Positions 40,101 through 48,901 of a DNA stretch of 64,000 nucleotides are shown one piece after another. The notes under the pieces are model-generated. The model had not been told where the DNA came from, ran no database searches, and worked only from the letters and a program-made list of their open reading frames with translations. Both the position numbers and the translations under genes were made by a program. How positions within the stretch are numbered: the first letter of the stretch is position 1; every line of letters starts with the position of its first letter. Location: positions 1 to 64,000 of the IMG/VR virus record IMGVR_UViG_3300030107_004423, one strand, 5' to 3'. The DNA comes from a virus.

Positions 40101-42574
40101 ACAGCCACATTATCAGATGCATCATTATCTGCCCAACCTACACTACCATCTCCATTAGGGTCTTCTGTATTATAGCCACCTCTCATTGCTTCGTTGCCTA
40201 TAATTGTATTTCTTGCACCACCTCCTAAATATGCTCCTGCAAAATATCCTATACCTGTACTTGTTGCTCCTGACCTATATAAAGCATAATTACCTATAGC
40301 AGTACCACCTGTTTGTGTTGTTATAGCACCTAATGCAGATTTACCAATACACATATTACCAGAACCTGAAGTGATTAATGCTCCTGCTCCTGCTCCTAAT
40401 GCTACATTTTGTGAGCCACTTGATATATCTCCTAATGCAACCTTACCAATAGCTGTATTTTCTCCACCTGTAAATGCACTTGAATTTGCAGTTCCCATAG
40501 CACTGTACCCTAAAGCTACATTACCACTGCAATTATTATCTCCATAACTATTAGCACTTGTTCCGTTTCTACCTGCTCTTGCACCTACAAAAACATTATA
40601 TCCTAATTGTGAAGCACCTGAATATCCCCAAGTTTCTCCTGCTTTATCTCCAATAAAAACATTCCAACCTGTATTTGAACCACCTCTTACTTGATATCCT
40701 GCTTGATATCCAATAGCTACTGTACCATAATCACTTCGACTTGCAGTCATATTTACTAAAGATTCATACCCTATTGATACATTTCTTGAACCTGTTAAAT
40801 TTTCACTTAATGCTTTAGTACCTATAGCAACATTCTTTTCTCCTGTAAAATTAGCTACATCATCTCCATAATTATGTCCCATTGCATAATGACCAATAGC
40901 AATATTATCTTCGCCTGTATTATTACCTTTATCATCTGATTCACCATTTATTAAAGCATAATTTCCTATAGATATATTCCAATCTGATGCAGTTCTATAT
41001 CTACCTGATACATAGCCAATAGCAATATTATCATCTCCTGATTGCATATCTATCATAGAATGAGTACCAATAGCTGTACATCTATGAGCATCTTGAATAT
41101 GTTGCATAGATGTATTTCCAATAGCTATGCTGTTTTGTGCTGTAAAATTAGTTTCACCTTGCCCTTGCATAGAAGCATAACCAATAGCTACATTTTGATA
41201 TCCTGTATTATTAGCAGGTGCTGTACTATGTCCGTGTGTCATAGAAAATACACCAATAGCTACATTATATGAGCCAAGATTTATATCACTTGTTCTATCT
41301 GCACCACCTAAATATCTACCTGCTTGTTTCCCTAAAAAGAAATTAGCATCTCCATATTGACATTGATATCCTGCTTGATATCCTATTGCTACATTACCAA
41401 ATGTTTGCTGATTATTTCCTGACGACTCTGTACCTGCATCAAGCAATGCTTGATAACCTATAGCAACATTAGAATTAGAATATCTATTGTCTTTTAATGT
41501 TTCATAGCCTAAAGCCATATTATAACTTGCAGTGATTGCATTTAATAATGATGATTGACCTATAGCTACATTACTTGTGCCTGTAATAAAAGCATTCACA
41601 CCTTGCGAATTATCAGAATCATATAATGCCTTTTGGTAACCATACATAGCTTGGTCGCCAATAGCTACATTACTACCTGCTCCTCTTAAATTTCCTAATG
41701 TTTGAAATCCTATAGCTACATTTTTATCATCAGCACCATCATTAGCATTCATCAATGCACCCCTACCAATAGCTACATTTCGTTCAGGGTCTGTATCTCC
41801 TGTCATTACAGAATGCATAGCTTGATAGCCTATTATTACGCTACTTTGTCTTGCTAAAGAAATATTATTATATTGACCTAATTCTAAATATTGATTTCCT
41901 GATACTCCGTGTACAGTTAATGCTACATTTGCAGTATTTTTATCTCTTAAATAAATAGAATTTGCACCAATACCAAATTGCCAAGTATCATATGTATCTC
42001 TTGCTATTTCAAATGGTCTTGCTAAACTCGATGTTCCACTTATCTGTACTTCGCCATCTTCATATACTATAAGCCTATTATTTCCACCACTCATTAATGT
42101 TAATTGTATAGCATTGCCTGATGTATAATCAGTTAAATTAATTCTACCTCTTGATGTTGCATTAGCAAATATACTTACATTGACTGCTTGTGCATCACCT
42201 GTAAATGCTAAATTTTGATAATCACCACCAGCAGCTTTTGATATAGCAACAGATCCTCCAAATGTAGTTGTGTTAGTACTTGGGTCCATTGCCATAAGTA
42301 CACTTGAAGTTAATGCAGAACCATTAGATATTTTTAATATATCTGAATCACTATTATCTACACCTACAGACCAAGATTCATCAGCTGTTTTCATTTCAAT
42401 AGCTGCATCACCAGAACCTGTTTGTTCTACTTTTAGGGAGGGTACAGTACTATCATTAGACTTTAATACATCTAATATATAATCTGTATCTACAGCTGTT
42501 TTACCAACAGCAATAGCCTTCTGTCCACTTACGGGACTAGGAGTGCTTATAAATCCGCCACCAATTAACGCCAT
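37106..42574 (-). CDS. Long tail fibre with Gly-rich NxAIGyxA repeats and a C-terminal peptidase-S74 intramolecular chaperone
   Basis: Dozens of ~14-aa NVAIGYQA repeats; SDKRIKKDI...GLIAQEV...YSALVVPLIKAVQEL. Confidence 0.9.
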   Translation of the reverse strand: MALIGGGFISTPSPVSGQKAIAVGKTAVDTDYILDVLKSNDSTVPSLKVEQTGSGDAAIEMKTADESWSVGVDNSDSDILKISNGSALTSSVLMAMDPSTNTTTFGGSVAISKAAGGDYQNLAFTGDAQAVNVSIFANATSRGRINLTDYTSGNAIQLTLMSGGNNRLIVYEDGEVQISGTSSLARPFEIARDTYDTWQFGIGANSIYLRDKNTANVALTVHGVSGNQYLELGQYNNISLARQSSVIIGYQAMHSVMTGDTDPERNVAIGRGALMNANDGADDKNVAIGFQTLGNLRGAGSNVAIGDQAMYGYQKALYDSDNSQGVNAFITGTSNVAIGQSSLLNAITASYNMALGYETLKDNRYSNSNVAIGYQALLDAGTESSGNNQQTFGNVAIGYQAGYQCQYGDANFFLGKQAGRYLGGADRTSDINLGSYNVAIGVFSMTHGHSTAPANNTGYQNVAIGYASMQGQGETNFTAQNSIAIGNTSMQHIQDAHRCTAIGTHSMIDMQSGDDNIAIGYVSGRYRTASDWNISIGNYALINGESDDKGNNTGEDNIAIGHYAMGHNYGDDVANFTGEKNVAIGTKALSENLTGSRNVSIGYESLVNMTASRSDYGTVAIGYQAGYQVRGGSNTGWNVFIGDKAGETWGYSGASQLGYNVFVGARAGRNGTSANSYGDNNCSGNVALGYSAMGTANSSAFTGGENTAIGKVALGDISSGSQNVALGAGAGALITSGSGNMCIGKSALGAITTQTGGTAIGNYALYRSGATSTGIGYFAGAYLGGGARNTIIGNEAMRGGYNTEDPNGDGSVGWADNDASDNVAVGYKSLGHSDNVGTSTAFTADKNVAVGSYSGTSLSTGEKNVFLGAYSGEEITTADGNTYIGAYSGDTTTTGHSNTAVGYYSLKGHSNTKGDGVPFKSTALGYEAGRNALNARGTVAVGWQTAYGNYSADYIHIGNSAGYNYGTLGDNTGSSNRGNISIGHGSLYGTTASNYMNCTAIGNYALNDLTTGNRNTALGSQAGRSTTTGADNFYCGTFAGQNHKTGNYNIAMGAYAFVNGTYHEATNYASATLSASDNIAFGYKSMGDNFATGSESAVNFTAEKNIGIGSSTLSKNLTGSNNIAIGYEALKTEDTGSDNIAIGKNSLKLQNYDGSGYNVCIGNSAGESATSTQFSFFLGQSAGKYVTTANNNIALGYETLGAGKGANRLRGYGDGGGMAAYSGERNIAIGYRALYSLSNYIASSDTLILGTSASSYNNTVIGAYAGTDMTTAKQNTLIGAGAGGNVLGNLNTMIGSGAGSNVFNASNVVAIGNAMGSYSGQTGCVAIGVGAFKNLRVSGGISTVDDTTPTPSDAWEPGQSHTNIPATSDDSVNGTGATFDIETDGSGNPTFTVNTAGYGYKSDDELTFTDPHAGTSNTAVVVVNATLSETDRQVAIGYNAGVDLTYGVGNTLVGDEAGQNITTGNYNTAVGPKSLSTNVTGGYNVAMGRRALYTSTASFNTGIGSDAGYKNTTGQYNFFLGYTAGYENTTSNDNVYIGYQAGRYKSTGASGAGRNIAIGSSAFRNGESDDADSNTGYENVILGWNAMSGNVGADAGHCTANQNVLIGTKAGYMNLSGDKNVGIGDEALDTLTTGNENTMVGYQAGDGITTGANNTGVGSDVAFDADADNQICIGYQATTTALNSVKIGNASIANANIQVDWTIDSDKRIKKDIENNTLGLDFINDLKPRKYKKLHPADWDKEIREKRYEDGVRDEFDDEKVWDGLIAQEVKETIEKSGTSFSGWSEDANGKQGIQYSALVVPLIKAVQELSKEVNELKRRLK

Positions 42575-42583
42575 ATTATTCCT

Positions 42584-42913
42584 TTAACAAAGTATCATTC
42601 GCACAGTAGCATTGGTAGAGCCATCTCTTCTCCAATGCAAATAAATAGTCTTACCCAATCCTTTAGGTATTTTCATAGATGATATACCTAATGGTATCTT
42701 TAAATCATTAGTATCACTGCAATTAGTAGTAGCTTGATTGTCAAATAATATATCTATAGGAGATGAAGCATCTATTATTGCTATATGATGATTAGAAACA
42801 TCTACATGTTGTGTAGTAGTATCTGTAGTAGTAACTGCTGTTTGTACATCCCATATAGCTGAAGTATCTACATTAACTGCTTCTTGTGTTGAATATTTTC
42901 CAAGTACACTCAT
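42584..42913 (-). CDS. Small beta-rich virion protein (KYSTQEAVN)
   Basis: aggag SD; N-terminal motif shared with 43399..43698. Confidence 0.65.
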   Translation of the reverse strand: MSVLGKYSTQEAVNVDTSAIWDVQTAVTTTDTTTQHVDVSNHHIAIIDASSPIDILFDNQATTNCSDTNDLKIPLGISSMKIPKGLGKTIYLHWRRDGSTNATVRMILC

Positions 42914-42922
42914 TAATACTCC

Positions 42923-43396
42923 TTATTGTAATATATGTATATAACAATTAGTAAATCCTGTTATAGTAGTATCTTTGTCTCCTGAAAATATATCTCTGAT
43001 TACTAATCTAGTAAATGCAGTATTTGCAGCTGCCATATGATAGGCACCTACTGTATTTCCAGAATCAGTATATACAGTTAAAACACTATTAGTTCCTCCG
43101 CCATCTGTTTGAGATGATAAAAATACTCCAATATTTCCACCAGACTCTATTGAATTTATATTAAAATCATAAGTAACTACAATTTGCTCTGCATGACTTG
43201 GTATTGTAAATGCATCTGAATATACCATCCAATCATCATCATTATCGATAACATCCCAACCTAATCCTCCACTAACTTCAGAAAATGTATCTACATCGCT
43301 TTGACTCCAACTTGAAAAAGCTGTAAGATCTATAGTATTGATAAGTTTAAATGGAGTATTTCTTTGATTAATTGCGCTACTACTTAATCCTAACAT
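42923..43396 (-). CDS. Hypothetical beta-sandwich virion protein (MLGLSSS start)
   Basis: ORF in the tail cluster. Confidence 0.6.
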   Translation of the reverse strand: MLGLSSSAINQRNTPFKLINTIDLTAFSSWSQSDVDTFSEVSGGLGWDVIDNDDDWMVYSDAFTIPSHAEQIVVTYDFNINSIESGGNIGVFLSSQTDGGGTNSVLTVYTDSGNTVGAYHMAAANTAFTRLVIRDIFSGDKDTTITGFTNCYIHILQ

Positions 43397-43398
43397 AA

Positions 43399-43698
43399 TT
43401 AACCTCTATATACTATTGCTGCATCACCACTTCCAACAGTAACTCCAGACCATCTACCATATATAGTAACTCCTGCTGGAACTTCTATTGTACTGCATGT
43501 ATCCCAATAATCTGTATCTTCCGATGTTAAAGTTAAAGTTGCAGCACCAACTCCAGATGTAGTTCCAAGACTAGTAACTGCTATATATGTATTAGCATTT
43601 ACAGTAGCATTAGTTACATAATCGTAACCTGATTGACCTAGACCTATGTTTTGAGATTCTTGTACAGTATACTTCTGCATACCTTTTGCGTAAGCCAT
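43399..43698 (-). CDS. Small virion protein (KYTVQESQN...TIYGRW)
   Basis: aggagg SD preceded by a gccc/gggc, gcac/gtgc hairpin. Confidence 0.65.
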   Translation of the reverse strand: MAYAKGMQKYTVQESQNIGLGQSGYDYVTNATVNANTYIAVTSLGTTSGVGAATLTLTSEDTDYWDTCSTIEVPAGVTIYGRWSGVTVGSGDAAIVYRG

Positions 43699-43756
43699 AT
43701 TATCCTCCTGCCCTAAGCACTGGCTGTGCGTGAATGGGCTTGTTTGTTGTTATTAA

Positions 43757-44233
43757 CTATACCTTTAAAAACTGTAAAGGTTTTCTAAATTCTTCTAAAG
43801 TCATATCTTTATTAAAAGATTTAAACTTGCCTGACTTAATTAAATCTATAGCTATCTTATTATTCCATATACTAGTAGCTTTTGCTTCATCATCATCCCA
43901 TGGAATATTTTCACTATCTTTTTTATGGTACTCTTCTAACCAATTAGCTAGCTTAGGACCAAATACATTATACAGCTCTAATAATCCATAATAGGATTTA
44001 AGAGCTTCTTTCTCTCCTTCAGGCATACTATCATATAATTTAAGATGATCTTCTACATCCTTTACAGGATCCATCTCCATCATCTTGTCATTTAAAAATG
44101 CAAGCAATGCTTGACTTGAATCTTTTTCTTCAGCTACAGGTTCTTCTTTAACTTCTTCTTTAAATATATCTAAGTCCATATCATCTTTAGTAGCTTCATT
44201 CATTTGATTAAATGCAGATACATTTGCGTCCAT
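43757..44233 (-). CDS. Hypothetical acidic protein
   Basis: 158-aa ORF in the late arm. Confidence 0.65.
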   Translation of the reverse strand: MDANVSAFNQMNEATKDDMDLDIFKEEVKEEPVAEEKDSSQALLAFLNDKMMEMDPVKDVEDHLKLYDSMPEGEKEALKSYYGLLELYNVFGPKLANWLEEYHKKDSENIPWDDDEAKATSIWNNKIAIDLIKSGKFKSFNKDMTLEEFRKPLQFLKV

Positions 44234-44237
44234 TTAT

Positions 44238-44999
44238 TTAATATCCTGCTTCTTCTATTTCTGGTAATAAAAAAGGAGCTGCTCTGCCTAACCTTTTATT
44301 AGGATTTAATTGCTCTGCAATTTTTTGAGGAAACGGTTTAAGTGGATTTAATTGCTCTGCAATTTCTTGAGGAAATGGTTTAAGTTTTCCAAGATCTTTT
44401 ATATTTGGAACTCTGCCTATTGTTTCAACCCATTGATTTCTTAACAGTTCTGTTTCTATTATATCTGCCTCTCTTCTAAGATTTTCAATATCTTTATATT
44501 TACCCGCCAAAGGACTTCTAAGGCTTCCTGGTCTTCCAAAAGCATCTGACATCCTACCTTTATTTGTCATTTCTATAGCTAAATCATCAGCTTTTTTTAG
44601 TCTATCTAAATAAGATTTTTGCATCATCCCAACTTCTTTTTTACTATATAAAGCAGGCTTTTTAGACATTCCAGTTGCCATTTTCATAATATCATCTTTA
44701 GACATTTTTTGAGCTACAGGCAAATATGATTTTAAAAGGTTTTTTATATTATTTATTTTAGTTGCTTGATTTACAGCTTTAGCAGCGCTTCCTCCTCCAG
44801 CCAAAGAAAGTATCATATTTAGAGCTTCTCCTGAATATTCTGGCATTTGTAAAGCATCATCGAATATTTCTGGGAATAATCTTCCACCTTCTGGAAACCA
44901 AGCATTATCAGATGTAGTTCCCCATTCCCCTTGGTTATCTTCTGCTCCAGCAGTCATTTGCCCAAATGCATATTTATTTACTTCATTAGTCATTTCCAA
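44238..44999 (-). CDS. Hypothetical protein with an internal 14-aa duplication
   Basis: 253-aa ORF; ggag SD. Confidence 0.6.
   Translation of the reverse strand: MEMTNEVNKYAFGQMTAGAEDNQGEWGTTSDNAWFPEGGRLFPEIFDDALQMPEYSGEALNMILSLAGGGSAAKAVNQATKINNIKNLLKSYLPVAQKMSKDDIMKMATGMSKKPALYSKKEVGMMQKSYLDRLKKADDLAIEMTNKGRMSDAFGRPGSLRSPLAGKYKDIENLRREADIIETELLRNQWVETIGRVPNIKDLGKLKPFPQEIAEQLNPLKPFPQKIAEQLNPNKRLGRAAPFLLPEIEEAGY
44302..44385. repeat. 42-bp tandem duplication (2 copies, 2 mismatches)
   Basis: ggatttaattgctctgcaatttYttgaggaaaYggtttaagt x2. Confidence 0.9.
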
Positions 45000-45007
45000 C
45001 TCCCTAT

Positions 45008-45610
45008 CTATTTTTTTCTATTAGGAACATTATGTAAAAATTCAATTATATCTCTTTCTTTAATTTTTAATGCATCTGCAGGATTTTCTGTTCCTAACAC
45101 TCTTTTAGCAAAATCCTTTCTTGCTTGACTTTCCTTTTTTAGTCGTTCATCTATTTCTTTTTTTCTAAGATTAGCATCTGAGATAGTATATATAATCTGC
45201 ATAATATTATCTTGTGCTTGATATCCCTCTTCCCTAGCTTTGTATAAATAATCGTCTAAATCTTTAGCTAAAGTTGCGTACATCATATCACCAACATTAG
45301 CTTTTTTAGCTCTATCTACAGCTTTTTTATCTTTAATATCATAATAATCATCAGATTCAGAATCCCAATAATCTTTAAGAAGACTTTGAGTTGTAGCAGA
45401 GCCTTCTCCATAATCTTGTCTATATCTATCAGTAGCTAATTGATTTGCACCTACTCCCCAACCCATTAAATCTAAAAATCTTTCGTCATATTTAGGATAT
45501 CCAGGTATTTTGTCTATTTCCATATCTAAGGGATAACCATGTTTCATGTTAAATAATCGTGACTCTAACGATTCTTTATTATTTTTATACTCATCATAAT
45601 CATTAGCCAT
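45008..45610 (-). CDS. Hypothetical protein
   Basis: 200-aa ORF; aaggag SD. Confidence 0.65.
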   Translation of the reverse strand: MANDYDEYKNNKESLESRLFNMKHGYPLDMEIDKIPGYPKYDERFLDLMGWGVGANQLATDRYRQDYGEGSATTQSLLKDYWDSESDDYYDIKDKKAVDRAKKANVGDMMYATLAKDLDDYLYKAREEGYQAQDNIMQIIYTISDANLRKKEIDERLKKESQARKDFAKRVLGTENPADALKIKERDIIEFLHNVPNRKK

Positions 45611-46340
45611 TTCCTAACTCCTTTGGTCTTTCTGCCGCTTCTAGAGTATCATCTGAAAAACCCTTAAATACAGCACCTGTTAATTGAGTAACTTGCGTCT
45701 TATTCTTATCTTCCATATCCATAATATCAGCAAGCTTAAATAAAGCTTTCAACTTAGTATCATCCTTAGCCTCTTCTTTATCTATTACTCCCTTTATCTC
45801 TCTTAGTATATAACCTTCGTCTATACCTAATTCTTCCATATGGGGTTTTAATTCTTCTTTCATACTACTTAATATCCTCGTTGTTTTCATTAATTTAGTG
45901 GCCTTCATACCTGCATAATGTGGATCATTAGTAGGAAAAGCCTCTAAATAAGCTTTCTTTGGATCCATACCTTTACTCACATATTGCACAAATAAGGCCT
46001 CTTTACCAGATAAGGTCTGTCTTTTCTCTACTCTTTCATTACGTTCTAGGTTTCCACCTATACTATATATATTTACTCTTTTAGAGCTATCCAGCTTCTT
46101 CTTATCTGATACTATAAATGTCCCAGTACATGTCCCTATATAATGGACACACCTATCAGCACCACGTGCCTTCATCATCTTACCTTTACGTAAGATCTGA
46201 AGTACCGCACCATCATCAGCTAACACCCAGTCACCTATAATACCATCTCTCCAATTACGTAGATAAACAAAGTCATCTGGTAATTCGTCAATGGAATCAA
46301 ATACTGTGTGTTCTATTTTCCTTATTCTGTAGTTTCTCAT
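45603..46340 (-). CDS. terS: Terminase small subunit with N-terminal extension
   Basis: FVQYVSKGMDPKKAYLEAFP...ATKLMK HTH-like region; KLKALFKLA oligomerisation helix. Confidence 0.6.
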   Translation of the reverse strand: MRNYRIRKIEHTVFDSIDELPDDFVYLRNWRDGIIGDWVLADDGAVLQILRKGKMMKARGADRCVHYIGTCTGTFIVSDKKKLDSSKRVNIYSIGGNLERNERVEKRQTLSGKEALFVQYVSKGMDPKKAYLEAFPTNDPHYAGMKATKLMKTTRILSSMKEELKPHMEELGIDEGYILREIKGVIDKEEAKDDTKLKALFKLADIMDMEDKNKTQVTQLTGAVFKGFSDDTLEAAERPKELGNG

Positions 46341-46371
46341 AGGCTCAAGGCCGCCAGGCCTTGGTAAATAA

Positions 46372-46551
46372 TTAAGCTAATCCCAGAATATTGCTATCAA
46401 GTTCTAATAACATTCTTGCCATCTCTTCTGGGCATAAAACATCTTTATCATCTATTGTAAATATAAGCTCTTCTTCATCAAGATATTCATCAATCTCACA
46501 ACCATCTCCATTATCATCATATTTAATAGTCAGATTATATTCCTTCTTCAT
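46372..46551 (-). CDS. Small acidic protein (59 aa, MKKEYNLTIKY...)
   Basis: aggagg SD; first gene of the late arm. Confidence 0.7.
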   Translation of the reverse strand: MKKEYNLTIKYDDNGDGCEIDEYLDEEELIFTIDDKDVLCPEEMARMLLELDSNILGLA

Positions 46552-46660
46552 AAGTCCTCCTGGATATAGTTCTCCCTGAGAGTTTCAAACTTTTAACTTT
46601 AAATTTCCTCTAGAGCCAGTCATATCTCCCTTACTCTAGATTTATATTAAAGCAGTTTTT

Positions 46661-46784
46661 ATCGGTTATTGGGGACCCCTCAGTTAACTATATTGATAAC
46701 CTACAACCCAACTTCTGACCCTACCAGCAGAACGATTCTCACGTGTACCTTAAGGGTGATAACTATATTTCAATAATTACCGAT
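46661..46784 (-). ncRNA. Candidate structured RNA in the late-arm leader
   Basis: Bulged 11-bp closing stem with internal hairpins, just downstream of a sigma70-like promoter. Confidence 0.45.
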
Positions 46785-46788
46785 GCGA

Positions 46789-46820
46789 TAATATAATCTT
46801 TGATATTGGTATTTTACAAA
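46789..46820 (-). promoter_or_regulatory. sigma70-like promoter for the late arm
   Basis: TTGTAA-N18-TATATT(AT) on the minus strand. Confidence 0.45.
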
Positions 46821-46894
46821 TGATATTTTTGGAATTGTAATAAAGGTTTTAAAAAATGTGGCATTTTGGTGTGTGGTCTTTTATATAGAGGTAC

Positions 46895-46913
46895 CCCCTT
46901 ATCAGGGGTTTTT
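46895..46913 (+). other. Short GC hairpin plus T-run in the divergent intergenic region
   Basis: cccct-tatc-agggg-ttttt. Confidence 0.4.
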
Positions 46914-46985
46914 CGTTATCACGATTTCGTTATTTTTCATTTGTATTTTTTTTGATTAATTAATTCATAAGAATAAGGAGAGCCA

Positions 46986-47267
46986 ATGGCACTAGAAAAT
47001 GAAGTAGAAGTTGTAGAAGATAACAAGTATGCTAATGCTTTAGATAGTCAGCTGCATAGAGAGTATGATGATGGTAAGGCTGAGTATAAGCAAGCTATTA
47101 AGTTATGTCATAGTAAAGCAGAACGTAGAAGAGTTACTAATCTATACATGGAAGACTTGATGGATCTAGCAATAGATGCACAAGAAGAGCAAGATTGGGA
47201 ACTTAGAGCTACTATTAATCTAAGGATTAAAGCTTTACAACGTAGGGTTTATGCTGGTAATAGGTAA
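46986..47267 (+). CDS. Early hypothetical protein
   Basis: taaggag SD; first plus-strand gene. Confidence 0.75.
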   Translation: MALENEVEVVEDNKYANALDSQLHREYDDGKAEYKQAIKLCHSKAERRRVTNLYMEDLMDLAIDAQEEQDWELRATINLRIKALQRRVYAGNR

Positions 47268-47472
47268 TGGTATAGGGGAATATTCATTTATTCCCTTTAT
47301 ACTTCTTATTCATATGGTTAGCGTGGACATGATAATGACGCACACATTAGTTATTATTACACCAACTTATACCACACATATACACATTAATAAGCACTTC
47401 CATGCAATTATCTTAGGCAACCAATAAGAACATAAAAAGATAGCCATTAATAATAAGATAAGGAGATGTAAT

Positions 47473-47685
47473 ATGTATTTGTATGAGGTGTTTATGATAG
47501 TTGAGTCAACTGCTCTTACTGCAATATTAAACACTAAGTTAGTCAAAGTGGCAAATGTCATGGCGAAGAACTCAAGTTATGCTTGTCGTAGAGCTAGGTT
47601 ACATTATGATATTGAATCTGAACAGCAATTAGTTGCCTATCAGAGGGTGAGATATAATCATCCAATCATAGATGATGATGACTAA
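47473..47685 (+). CDS. Early hypothetical protein
   Basis: aggag SD. Confidence 0.6.
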   Translation: MYLYEVFMIVESTALTAILNTKLVKVANVMAKNSSYACRRARLHYDIESEQQLVAYQRVRYNHPIIDDDD

Positions 47686-47752
47686 ATTAACTCCTTGGGG
47701 GATGGAGAGAAATTCCCCCCTTAATTATTAATTAAAAGAAAAGGAGTAGTAA

Positions 47753-48031
47753 ATGTTCGTAAAATTACAAGTAAATAAGTTTTATAACTTAAATGAAATA
47801 AGATCAGTTGAGATAGTACCATTTGATAGTCTAGGTACAGATTTAAATAGATCATACATAGCAATATATTATGTAGAAAGACATCCTGATGGTGAATTAA
47901 ATGACACATTATATTATGGTGATGATTGTAAGCATGATAATAATCAGTTTAGAAAGGACGTTGAAGAGATTTATAGAGCTACACACACTAAGATGTGGAC
48001 AGCTGATCGCCAAGCATTTAAATTTGAATAA
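47753..48031 (+). CDS. Early hypothetical protein
   Basis: aaggag SD. Confidence 0.7.
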   Translation: MFVKLQVNKFYNLNEIRSVEIVPFDSLGTDLNRSYIAIYYVERHPDGELNDTLYYGDDCKHDNNQFRKDVEEIYRATHTKMWTADRQAFKFE

Positions 48032-48645
48032 TAGTAGCCTGTGAGCTATCTTCAAGGGAGAGTGAGGTAAGTACGATTGCTCCTTTCGCTTACCTCCTCC
48101 TGCAGTTTTAATATTATCTACCATAATAGATATTTGAATCATAGACTTTTGGGGAAAGGTTGGTGATCTAGTATTGTGTTCTGACCGAAGATTATGGTAG
48201 TAATAAAGCCCTCTTAATAGCCAAGTGTTGTATGAATAGATATTGGAGTGTCTATAAGTACAAATTTACCACAAAGCCGTGACTTGAGAGGGTATAATTT
48301 AAGGGCATAAGAATATCTACAAAATGTTATTATAAAGACATTTATAATGGGCTAGTAGATAACACCATACTGATGAGTATGTGGCTCTTATGTCCTAAAC
48401 ATTACACTCTAGAGCTAAGAGTGGAGTAGGTTAATGGCACAAGCTCTGATGGTTGAATCCTGGGATATATATTGATCAACTTATGAATGCTGTTAGCTAG
48501 GGTATGTAAATGTATTAATAACAATGCAATAGGCGGAAGGACAACACGAGAGTGATAACAAATACCGATGAGCAACAATGAACATAAATTTCACAGGTTA
48601 TCCTCCATTAATACAGCCTGTGATGTACATAGAAAAGAGGTAGCA
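48032..48645 (+). ncRNA. ~600-nt non-coding, hairpin-dense region (candidate ncRNA or sRNA cluster)
   Basis: At least five stem systems with G-U pairs on the plus strand; no convincing ORF. Confidence 0.5.
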
Positions 48646-48798
48646 ATGAATAAAGATAGATGGTATGAGTATTGTGATGATATTGGTTGTATATGTCAAG
48701 GCCGTGATTATGAAATAATTAAACATAACATGCTAGACGGATGGTCAAGAGAAATGTCTGAAGCATTGTTAGGTGAACATAAATATGGAGGTATGTAA
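48646..48798 (+). CDS. Small hypothetical protein (MNKDRWYEYC...)
   Basis: gaggt SD before ATG 48646. Confidence 0.55.
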   Translation: MNKDRWYEYCDDIGCICQGRDYEIIKHNMLDGWSREMSEALLGEHKYGGM

Positions 48799-48901
48799 TG
48801 ACAGATGCAATGTATGATTTATTATATATTATAGATATAGTATCGCAATGTGTATTAAGTGGGAGTATTATGATGTATGTTGTATATCATATAATAAAGA
48901 A

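Noticed and set aside
37600-41850. Periodic repeats as a CRISPR array or DGR
   Set aside because: They are in-frame degenerate protein repeats (NxAIG); no spacers, cas genes or reverse transcriptase
48366-48381. CTGATGAG as a hammerhead ribozyme core
   Set aside because: No stem II-GAAA or suitably placed UH site; it sits in a simple catac/gtatg hairpin
48440-48470. ggttgaatcc as a tRNA/tmRNA T-arm
   Set aside because: Lacks TTCG, an acceptor stem and a cloverleaf
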